From Octopus bimaculoides (Eukaryota), in NCBI RefSeq assembly GCF_001194135.2, contig NC_068988.1, forward strand, positions 79,173,677 through 79,217,961: 44,285 nucleotides of DNA. The letters run 5' to 3'. The number at the start of each line of letters is the position of its first letter. Positions within the stretch are counted from its first letter, which is position 1. The notes below the pieces were generated by a model. That model saw only the letters and a program-made list of their open reading frames with translations. It ran no database searches and was not told the DNA's origin. Positions 24,721 to 36,050 of the stretch are shown one piece after another. A program made the position numbers and the translations under genes.

Positions 24721-25462
24721 AGAAAATTTGTTATAATTTCCAAAGAATACATAATCCAAAATCCTAAAGGATGTGAATTAATAATGTGATAATCACTCAA
24801 AAGTGATGAGGTATGATTTCGATGAGCAGATATGTGATACAGTCTCTCTTGTTCTCTGAAGAAGCTACTTCATTTTATTTACATCAGAAAAGTGTCTTTA
24901 GGAAAGACTGTTCAATATTCATTCTCTTCCAAAGTACCTTTTACACTTTGTACAATGCGAGAAATGACTGTATCAAACACAATATTCTGTGCCTCTAGAT
25001 GCTCGGTCAAGCTGAAAGAATTGGAAAAGGAATATTCTTCAGTTTTCTAAAAGAAAGACAGTGTTCTTAGCTATACAAAAAAAAATGGTTAGGCTTGGAA
25101 TGTCTTTGATCATAGATGAGCTCGTTTTGGTTTGACCCGAAACTTAACAATAACAGCATGATTTGTTACTGGATATGGGTTGCTGCTATGACGATACCTT
25201 CTTATTGTATTGCGGAGTGCTTGCAAGTATGTACATCTCAATGTGTATATATCATGTGTCTATGTAAATGTGTGTCTTGCCTAAGTCGTTTACAGACACG
25301 TATTGCTCGGTGAGTAATAGGTACTGTAATATTTGTTTCCGAATTTTGCTTTCAAACTACATTCTATCATACAAATAATTTGAACAAAACCCACACATGT
25401 ATTTAAAGTATTTGAACGTCTAATGCAATTAATACTTAATCACGTTTTCTATCCTTTTTCAG

Positions 25463-26323
25463 AAAGGTCCACTTCGACTATTTTATAGTGTCTATGAGAA
25501 TCCAGCCAAGCGTATCAAGTTTTCAGAACCTAGAGAGCTTGATGTCACTAGTCCGACCTCCACTTCAACTAATACTCACTACGTTGCAACGTCCATTCCG
25601 CACCCAGCTCAGAACGGTGATAAATCCGACAGCGAGACAGTGAAAGAGTCAGCTAGAAGTGGTGGTAGTATTGGTGGCTGTAGTGGCGGGAGCAGCTCAA
25701 ACTGCAGTAGCAATAACAAGAACAACATTAAGAACAATAAGAATAGTAGTAACATCAACAATAAAAACGGCAGCAACAACAGCAACAAAAACAACTGCAA
25801 CAACAGCGGGAACGGCAGCCATTCGAGCAAGAATGCATCTCACAATTCAAGCATAGCTTCAGTTATCATTAGCAGCGCTACAAATTCAACAACAACAACA
25901 GCAGCAGCAGCAGCGGCGGCGGCGGCAGCAGCAGCATCACCCAGAGCAACAATGTCGAGCGGTGCGACTGCTCTTTCTATTAATAACGTCAGTGCAAGCA
26001 ACGTTCCATCCAATGCTCTGAACCCAACAACCGCAATATTGACCTCACCATCTTGTACAAAAGTGGCTTCCTCGTCCACCAGCAGCACAACGGCATCGAC
26101 ATTGGAAGTGAAGAGTACTCAGTTGACAACTGCTACTGCTGCCGCCGCCGCTGCTATGGTTGACAACCAAAATATTACTTTCAAAATGCCCGAGGATGAG
26201 AAATACGAAAGGCCAAAAGATTTCAAAGAATTAGTATTTAATGGACAAGTTCTAAATGGCCATGATGAAAATGTGATTGTTAAAACTGAGCCAATGACGG
26301 ATGCCTTATCTGTGACGTCATAG
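25463..26323 (+). CDS. BMI1: PCGF terminal coding exon: RAWUL end, NLS-like motif and low-complexity tail
   Basis: cctttttcag| acceptor. KGPLRLFYSVYENPAKRIK matches BMI1 'NGPLPLKYRVRPTCKRMK'. In frame with ORF 25640-26323 and open to the TAG stop. Confidence 0.93.
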   Translation, partial: KGPLRLFYSVYENPAKRIKFSEPRELDVTSPTSTSTNTHYVATSIPHPAQNGDKSDSETVKESARSGGSIGGCSGGSSSNCSSNNKNNIKNNKNSSNINNKNGSNNSNKNNCNNSGNGSHSSKNASHNSSIASVIISSATNSTTTTAAAAAAAAAAAASPRATMSSGATALSINNVSASNVPSNALNPTTAILTSPSCTKVASSSTSSTTASTLEVKSTQLTTATAAAAAAMVDNQNITFKMPEDEKYERPKDFKELVFNGQVLNGHDENVIVKTEPMTDALSVTS

Positions 26324-27090
26324 TTGGCGATGAAACATATTGAGGCGACGCTCCTTGAGAATTTCTTTGTTTTTTGTTTTTGTTTTTTTTTTAAATCACA
26401 GTCACTGGTGTAGGAACTGGAATACCATTTTGTACCCAGTTCGGTGTTCTGCACAACATGTAAATAACTATTCGAGGAACCTGCTATGAATATATATANN
26501 NNNNNNNNNNNNNNNNNNNNNNNNNNNNNNNNNNNNNNNNNNNNNNNNNNNNNNNNNNNNNNNNNNNNNNNNNNNNNNNNNNNNNNNNNNNNNNNNNNNN
26601 NNNNNNNNNNNNNNNNNNNNNNNNNNNNNNNNNNNNNNNNNNNNNNNNNNNNNNNNNNNNNNNNNNNNNNNNNNNNNNNNNNNNNNNNNNNNNNNNNNNN
26701 NNNNNNNNNNNNNNNNNNNNNNNNNNNNNNNNNNNNNNNNNNNNNNNNNNNNNNNNNNNNNNNNNNNNNNNNNNNNNNNNNNNNNNNNNNNNNNNNNNNN
26801 NNNNNNNNNNNNNNNNNNNNNNNNNNNNNNNNNNNNNNNNNNNNNNNNNNNNNNNNNNNNNNNNNNNNNNNNNNNNNNNNNNNNNNNNNNNNNNNNNNNN
26901 NNNNNNNNNNNNNNNNNNNNNNNNNNNNNNNNNNNNNNNNNNNNNNNNNNNNNNNNNNNNNNNNNNNNNNNNNNNNNNNNNNNNNNNNNNNNNNNNNNNN
27001 NNNNNNNNNNNNNNNNNNNNNNNNNNNNNNNNNNNNNNNNNNNNNNNNNNNNNNNNNNNNNNNNNNNNNNNNNNNNNNNNNNNNNNNNNN

Positions 27091-27131
<41 letters not shown>

Positions 27132-27256
27132 ATATATATAGATATGCATGCATACATACCTACTTACGTACATACGTACATACATGCATACATACGTACA
27201 TGCATACATACATACATACATACATACATACATACATACATACATACATACATACA
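27091..27256. repeat. (TA)n/(TACA)n microsatellite
   Basis: Direct reading; similar tracts at 1-32, 3423-3483, 30240-30373, 35442-36050 and 44238-44285. Confidence 0.97.
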
Positions 27257-27418
27257 AGGGATGGAAAGGATGTATGCTGTTTAATCATATCGGTGAATTT
27301 GACTTCCCTTTCCGACAGAGAAAGAAAACATTTTCTTCGTAAGTCATTCATCATCTCTAATTCAAATTGAATTAACTTCATTTTAAATATTTCTTTACAC
27401 CACTTTTCATATGATGGC

Positions 27419-27457
<39 letters not shown>

Positions 27458-27467
27458 CAATATTATT

Positions 27468-27680
27468 GAGGTGGTGAGCTGGCAGAATCGTTAGCACGTA
27501 GGGCAAAATGCGAAGCACATTTCGTCCGTTTTTACGTTCTGAGTTCAAATACCGCCGAATTCGACTTTATCCTTTTAATCCTTTAGAAATCGATAAAATA
27601 AGTACCAGTAAAGCACTGGAATCGATGTAATCGACTTACCCCTCCACTGAAATTGCTGGCCTTGTGGCAAAATAGAAACC
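27468..27680 (+). mobile_element. SINE family 1 embedded in (ATT)n
   Basis: gagctggcagaatcgttagcac ... gagttcaaatacc ... gataaaataagtaccag ... ggccttgtggcaaaatagaaacc. Confidence 0.9.
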
Positions 27681-27770
27681 ATTATTATTATTATTATTAT
27701 TATTATTATAAGAATTAAGAATATTTTATGATCATTATCTTCTTTTTCACCTTTTCTTCCTCTACTACTA

Positions 27771-27808
<38 letters not shown>

Positions 27809-28426
27809 ACTACTACTACTGCAGGCGAGCGCCAACGAGTAGAGCTAAGATTCCGGCGATCCCAGTCAGTGAATAGGTTTCGATTCATAGTTGGAATCAT
27901 TTGATTTCATTTGCGTCGTTAATGCTCTTTCACAGAGCTGTAGGCAGAGTAGCTCGTGAGGGTCAGATACACTGGAATGCAGAAGCTGGAGAAAGTTAAG
28001 TTACGTATGCCTCTCTACACAGATTTTGATATATTTATTAAGCCAAGAAACGAAGAGGGCACTGTTCATTAAGTTTGTCTCGGGTGCAGAACTAGAAACC
28101 TGAGCTACAGTTATTACCTTTGTGAAAAGCATAAACGTCAACTTTTGATTTTCTTTTCTATCTTCTTTAAATCCCAGACATCATGCCAAATGTAAGGGCT
28201 AAAAATTATATACGTTCATGTTGATACTATATCAGGAAAAATGCTGAAGCTGAAAGCTTTCGGCAAATTCAGTCCACGATCTTGTTTTGACTTCAAATTA
28301 CGATCCCTTTACCCTGGTAATATAACCGCGAGGAAAGCCCAAACGTTAGATTTTCCCTCCCAATCATAACTCTTCATACCTAATATAGGGAGTGTGTTTA
28401 TTATTATTGCTATTACTATTATTATT

Positions 28427-28800
28427 CGCCGAGGTTGACTTTGCCTTTCACCCTTTCGAGGTCGATAAAATAAGTGCCGGTTGAATACTGGGGTCGATAT
28501 AATAGATTTACCCCTCCCTCGTAATTACTGGCCTTGTGCCAAAATTTGAAACCATTATTATTATTATTATTATTGGTGCTGTAGATTGGCAGAATCATTA
28601 AAGTGTTGGACAAAGTTTCACGAGGGAATCAGTTACAGCTCTTTACATTTTGAGAGTTTAATTCCCGACAAGGTCACTTTGCCTTTCATCCATCCGTGGT
28701 CGACGAAATAAGTAGCAGTCAAATACTAATTCGAACTAATCAACTTACCAATTTCTCCTCAAAATTGCTGGCCTTGTGCCAAATTTCAAAACAATCTTTG

Positions 28801-28873
<73 letters not shown>

Positions 28874-29056
28874 AGCGGTGAAATGGCAGAATCGTTAACA
28901 TGCCGGAAAAAAATAGTCTTCTGGCTTTATGATCTGAGTTCAAATTCCGCCAAAGTTGACGTTGCCTTTCATACTTTAGGAATCGATAGAATAAATCCCA
29001 GTGGAGCACTGAAATCGATGTAATCGACTTACCCCTTCCCCACAAAATCAGAAAGG
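28427..29056 (+). mobile_element. Head-to-tail array of three SINE family 1 copies separated by (ATT)n
   Basis: Copies at 28427-28553 (5'-truncated), 28575-28793 and 28872-29056. Confidence 0.9.
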
Positions 29057-29063
29057 ATTATTA

Positions 29064-29094
<31 letters not shown>

Positions 29095-30284
29095 GATCAT
29101 TATCATTATTATCATCATCATCATTATCCATAACTTAGCCATATCATGTTTACACTGTTCTTCTCTACATAGACCAATTTGACGTACAACGATCTCCTGA
29201 TTTTGTACGGTATACTGTAAAATATGATTGCGGATGTCTTGTATGCTAATTCGCATGGGACAATTCTCAATACGTTTACATGACCTGTCAAGGCTCATGC
29301 TTTTCCCAATGAATTAACAACACAAGCAAAATAATGTAAATTTATTTTCACTAGATTCTTTTTTCTTCATATTTTTTGGGAGTCAACACTGGGGAACAAA
29401 ATCAAATAGTGAAAACAAACACAAAGTTGTTTTGTTTTTTGTTTTTTATTTCATCGTAGATTGTGCAATTTGGTCTCTCATATCTAAAGTTCCACTACTA
29501 AACAAAGAAACAGAAATGAGAAACTAAATCAGCGAAAAAAAAAAGGATCATGGAAAAGTGCTTTTAAAGCAATTAATACAATGATAAAAATTATTGCAAT
29601 AAACCGGAACTACTTGTTGCGTAAGTACAATATACATTGTATATTCATCTCTTCTTTGGCAAATGAAAACTGGAGAAACTCTACAAATTAAGACTTAAAC
29701 TAAATTTGCTTTGAACGATGTCTTTCTCAGTAGCTCAGGACAATCAAAATGAATATAAATGCTCTTAAAAAGAAGTTTTTATATCATGAGGTCAAAACAA
29801 CTCCATCCCAAACAGTGGTCCTTGTGGACGCAAATCAAATCAAGTTGCAGATAAAAAAAAAATGTTAAAGGCTAAAAATTACAAGATTGGATAAAGCGGT
29901 TTGTGTTTCTCGCCTGAAACATACTCCTAATGAACCCCTCCCTAATCATTGCTTCATACGGCTTTCAGTATAGACATAAAAAGAGCCAATGTTTGCTCGT
30001 CGTCATTACTGTTGAAAAATATAACTGCAAAAGAAGCGACAGTGTGTATGTAAGTGTATGTATTCACGCGTGTGTGTGTGTACGTAAGCATGCGTGTGCG
30101 TGAGTGAGTGTGCGAGTGTGGCTGCATGTTTGAAAGTGTCTAGACCTTTACATGCACATGCATAAAATACATATACACGACCATATAATAAAATGCTCAT
30201 AGTAACTCGTATAGATCATTATTAAACGCCATGCTATATATGAATTTGTGTGCATGTATGTGTGTGTGCGTGTTTGAGTATATG

Positions 30285-30320
<36 letters not shown>

Positions 30321-31558
30321 TATATTAATATATGTATGCACGTGTATATATGTGTATGTGTGTGTGTGTGTGTAGGGGTGACAGGCAGGAGAGTGAGCGA
30401 GAAAGAATATGTGGGCGAGAGAGAGACTAATGAGAAATTATGTATATAACATAGAACAAGTAGAGCGAGTTTTCTTTTTTTATTATTATTGAAGCTGGTG
30501 CTTATTGAATCGTAACTTTGAATTTAACGTTGCCAATTAATTCAAACGATTGCAGTAGAGAAGCAGCGTGACAATAAATTTCCTAAAAACTGTTGTAAAT
30601 TCATTGGAATATGATACGATTGGTTGCTGAAGATCCTTTGGGAAATGCTCCACATACTAGTCACACACATATAGCAAAATCACATGATTACCTTATACCA
30701 AGAAAAATAGTTATTTTCCATCAATTTTTTGTGCTGAAAATAACTGTTTTCTTTTAATATATGATAAACTTTCAAATTATGGCAAATCCATTATGCAGGA
30801 AATATACTGTTTTAGACAATTAATAACAGAAAGTTCCCAATAAATACAGAAAAAAAATGGAAGAATTCATTAATTCTGATATCTATTAAAATTTACAAAC
30901 AGTTGTAACTGAATGTTATACTTCTCTAAGGCACAAAAACCACATCTTTTGAAGCCATTAAAATAAAGGGGTGATTATTCTATATTAGAGCAACTATTAT
31001 AAAACTGATCATGATAGAACGTTTGTTCTCGTACATTAAAAACTCAAAAGGCATAATCTTTCACTCTCAAATGTGTAACATAATGTTAAAGCTTTTTCCG
31101 ATTCTGAACATAAAACCAAAACTACTTCATACAAAACATTTCCATCAGTATTTATTGAGGAATTTTCAGTTACTAGTTGATAAAATACTTCCGACTAATT
31201 TATGATAACCTGAAAGATGGTCATATAATGAGATAAAAAAAGCATTATATTGTTTCAATATGGCAACTTCTTTAATAATAACCACATTCTTTGCTTTCGA
31301 GTATTTTACTCATATTATACTCAAGGCATATATTATACGCAATGTCATATGTTTTTGCTTGTAATGAGATAAATATATCACGTATTGTGCGTATGACGGC
31401 TGAATAGAATAATGTGAGACATTTTCAAATGGTTTTCAGCAATCAACAAGATCTCATATTTCAAGGTATTTACAAATATTTTGGCTTAAATATTGTCACG
31501 CTTCTTCTCTAATCGGTAACATGAAACTCAGAGTTCCGATTCAAGAAGACCCTCTGCT

Positions 31559-31609
<51 letters not shown>

Positions 31610-32802
31610 TTATAATAATAATGATAATAATAATGCAATTAAATATGACAACCATATATGTGTGTGTATTCATATATATATATATTTATATATATATATA
31701 TATNNNNNNNNNNNNNNNNNNNNNNNNNNNNNNNNNNNNNNNNNNNNNNNNNNNNNNNNNNNNNNNNNNNNNNNATATATACATATGCACGGTGACACAT
31801 ATGCACACACACGTAGTCATGCAGCTACGCATACACACGAACACTCCTCCCTCTGTGATAGAGAAAAGTAGAAAGACAGAAAGACAAAACAAGGATAAAA
31901 AGAGAAAGGAAAATAAGTTATTCGGTGAGCTGCAACTAAAACATTTTAGTAGTCAACATGTCAAGTACATCCTGATTTACTTTCAATAATGAATGAACGT
32001 CTCTTGTTACACAACATCAAAAACCAACCAACATCCTCAATGGAGCTGCTCAATTCGACAAACAGAAGAGATAAAGAGATTATTCAATGTTTTGTTTGTT
32101 TTTTTTTTTTTCTTCTTGAAGTGTTTTCTATTTTTTTTTTTTTTTCTGTCGGGCTGTGTGAAACGTGGATTATTAGTTGCTGAGAAGGATTCTTTCCGAA
32201 GAACTCGGTGTTGAATTTAGAAAATAAAAAGACTTGGTAATTTACAAAACTAGTGCTATTGATTTATCAGCTGATATTAAAAATACAGGAATACATCAGA
32301 TAAACATTTCGTTCTTTTTGTTGTTGTTGTTCTTTCTATGACAATTGTTCCATTGCTTTGTTAGTTTTTTGGTTCTAGTTTTTTGTTGTTGTCTTTTTGG
32401 ACATTGAAAAGATGATAGTGCTGGAGGTGGCAGTGGATATGGCGGGTCGTATATATATATGTATTTTTTCCTATCTGTGCGTTTCTATCTGTGCATTTAC
32501 CGTGTCTACAGAACACGAAAATAATGTTTATCTGTGCACTTTCTCAGAATTCTTTGATAATCACGTTTGTTTTGTTTCTAACATTGTGCTGCACATAAAA
32601 TAACAGGACAGAGTTATTTCGACGATGTACATGCGATTAGAGCAACTGGGTGTTTACTTTCTCTTTATTTTGTTTCCTACTTAATATATAAACACCAAAA
32701 GCATAACGTCATAAGTATGACATCTCGAATGATAACATTCACTAAGACATGTAAATAAGTAGACTATTCTTCTTCTCATCATCATCATCACCATCATTAT
32801 TA

Positions 32803-32834
<32 letters not shown>

Positions 32835-32836
<2 letters not shown>

Positions 32837-33043
32837 GGCAATGAGATGGCAGAATCGTTAGTGCACTGCACGAAATAGCGGTATTTCGCCTGTCGTTACG
32901 CTCCCTGTTCAAATTCCGCTGAGGTAGACTTTGCATTTCATCCTTTCGGGGTTGATAAAACAAGTGCCAGTTGAACACTGGGGTCGATATAATCAATTCA
33001 TACCCGCGCTGCAAATTGCTGCCCTTGTTGCAAAATTTTAAAC

Positions 33044-33125
<82 letters not shown>

Positions 33126-33258
33126 GTTGTTGTTGTTGTTGTTGTTATTAAGGCGGCGAGCTTGCAGAACAGTTAGCACGCCGGGCTTTCGGGATTGATA
33201 AATCAGTGAAACACTGAGGTCGATAAAATAGACTACCCTCCCCTCCGAAATTTCAGGC

Positions 33259-33309
<51 letters not shown>

Positions 33310-33491
33310 CATTATTATTATTATGAAGGCAGAAAGTTGGCAGAAACATTAGCACGCAGTGCAGTTCTTAGCGGCATTTCGTCTGTTTAAACCTTCTGAG
33401 TTTAAATTCAAATACCAGTCGAACGCTGTGGTTGATGTAATTCACTAACTCCTCGCCAAGAATTCCACGCCTTGTGCCTATAGCTGAGAGG
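32835..33491 (+). mobile_element. Head-to-tail array of three SINE family 1 copies separated by (ATT/GTT)n
   Basis: Copies at 32835-33044, 33150-33259 (internally deleted) and 33326-33491 (internally deleted). Confidence 0.9.
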
Positions 33492-33569
<78 letters not shown>

Positions 33570-35442
33570 GCTATTGTTATTTAGTGTGTCAAAATGTTGA
33601 ACTGAACAAAGTTAACTTTATATCAATTTTCATCTGGTAATCGTGCTGATTCTCTTATTCCCAGATGTAAGTATTTTGCTATCTCGATATTATACATAAT
33701 GTAATATAACTGAATAACAAATTATTACTTACGGTATTCGTGCGAATTACCGCTTTTATTCTTTATTTTTGAGACTTGAAGAAATACCACTTTTATTCGT
33801 GAAATAATAGAAAGAAAATAAGCTTCTCCAATAGAATATAGTATCCTTACTATTTCTTAAGGTACAACACCAAAAATCTGCACTGTTTAATTTTTCAATA
33901 CAAGTAAAATGTGGTTGAAAAAGGACTTTCACTAGAAAATTATTATTCTATGCAACAAAATATATATTCATCACAAGGAAAGAAATTTCTTTAAAATATC
34001 TTTTTTTGTTTGTTTTTTACACTAAGAAGATTGAAATAATACATTTAACGTGTGTCTCATCACGAAAAAGGCAGTAAAATCCTTACAATAGGAACTAAAC
34101 TTCCGACAAGTTGAGTCAGAGATGCAGATTAATTCTCCATTTAAAATCATTCCATATCGATTATGCTGAGGATACCATTAGAAAAGTTGAAGATGTCTCA
34201 ATATTATATTTCTATTATATAGGCTTCTCCACCAAAATACAAGGTCTTTGTGCTTAGTGAGATACAAAACTTCTATTGTAGAATGCTTGTGGTAAATTTG
34301 TAGATTACCATTCAAGTTGGAAAAATACTAGGTCTACCATATTTCAAATGTCATCTATTTGCGACAGCTAGAAATGAAGAAAAAAGTACAAGTTGATCAT
34401 TCTAAATTGATTGAAGACAAACGATTACAATAAAAACAATGTGTTTCATTTTGCTGTGTTTGAATATTTGTAGAATTAATAAATTCTAGCTGTGAACCAA
34501 AATATGTTCATTTGCAGGGTGATTCACTGAAGGAGACACCACTAATCTAATTTAGCCTGCATACTGGCTTCATGCCAATCTCTGGCAAGAAATATACAGA
34601 GTTCATCTTCATAAAGCTGTCTGTCTATTAAGCGCTGTTGACCTGATAGTATTGGTTCAAATATTTGAAATGAGGGCAAAAGCAAAATATATGCGTTCTA
34701 TGTTCATAATCACTTGCAATGCATCACTCGCACTTCTGCAAAAATATCCTGCTTAAAACCATCATTCCCACATATGTAGGAGAAATAGTAGGCTTTATAT
34801 AGTAGATAAAGTAATAGCCAGTACATGATGAGAAAATTATGTTGGAGGCGATAACTTCCTCTTAACAAGATAGCAGTGATAAACAAGCGTGACTTTGGAT
34901 TTTTTCTTTTTTTTTTTTTTCTTGTGCAAGAATGATCTCAAATGCATTGGCTTTCAACTGGGTATTATTGTTTTCAATTGCAAATATTTTAAGAGACCTC
35001 TAACATCGTAGCTTCAACGTTTGGATAGAAGTGCTGATATGTTTATATATAGCTGTCCATTAATCTGAGCTACTGAATACAATTTACCTTATTTATCGAA
35101 TTTGTAAACTGCAATATAGTATTTCAGTGCAGCAAAGAAACAACACCAGATTTAAAACATTAAAAAACATTAAAAGATTGATCGAAAATCATAAATTACC
35201 AAAGTGATTGTGAAACAAAGAAATGTTATAAAAAGACTGAAAGTATCTCCCGACACAGTAGCTAACTTTTGTTATCCCACTATGAACAGTACTACAAATA
35301 ATGATACTTAATGCAAGTATTAATTGCATAACTGCTAAAAATCTTTGTTTCTTTGGGCAATTTTTATAATGTGCAGATAACGAATCTAAAATTCCTATCT
35401 TTTGAATACAGTATGTCTATTTACACCTCTCTCTTTCTGCAT

Positions 35443-35500
<58 letters not shown>

Positions 35501-35553
35501 GTATTATATATTATGTATGTGTATATATATATATATATATAGATAGATATATA

Positions 35554-35589
<36 letters not shown>

Positions 35590-36050
35590 TATATTATGTA
35601 TGTATATATATATATATNNNNNNNNNNNNNNNNNNNNNNNNNNNNNNNNNNNNNNNNNNNNNNNNNNNNNNNNNNNNNNNNNNNNNNNNNNNNNNNNNNN
35701 NNNNNNNNNNNNNNNNNNNNNNNNNNNNNNNNNNNNNNNNNNNNNNNNNNNNNNNNNNNNNNNNNNNNNNNNNNNNNNNNNNNNNNNNNNNNNNNNNNNN
35801 NNNNNNNNNNNNNNNNNNNNNNNNNNNNNNNNNNNNNNNNNNNNNNNNNNNNNNNNNNNNNNNNNNNNNNNNNNNNNNNNNNNNNNNNNNNNNNNNNNNN
35901 NNNNNNNNNNNNNNNNNNNNNNNNNNNNNNNNNNNNNNNNNNNNNNNNNNNNNNNNNNNNNNNNNNNNNNNNNNNNNNNNNATATATATATATATATGTA
36001 TGTATGTATGTATTATATATTATGTATGTGTATATATATATATATATATA

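Noticed and set aside
24851-24900. CTGAAGA...GAAA...GTC spacing
   Set aside because: Stems I and III do not pair.
25286-25309. Possible 24-nt micro-exon (SFTDTYCS) with gtgagt donor
   Set aside because: Weak acceptor, and it would split the conserved WRR|KGPL junction.
25609-26088. Antisense ORFs over the PCGF last exon
   Set aside because: Shadow frames of trinucleotide-repeat coding sequence.
27419-33580. SINE/(ATT)n alternation as a CRISPR-like array
   Set aside because: Units are 110-220-nt diverged SINE copies in a eukaryotic genome; no repeat-spacer regularity or cas genes.
34540-34700. Short minus-strand frame 'GQQRLIDRQLYEDELCIFLARDWHEASMQAKLD'
   Set aside because: About 50 aa with no convincing splice sites, start or recognisable homology.
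35471-36050. Identical ~70-nt microsatellite pattern on both sides of the 35618-35980 gap
   Set aside because: Most likely an unmerged contig overlap or collapsed tandem repeat.
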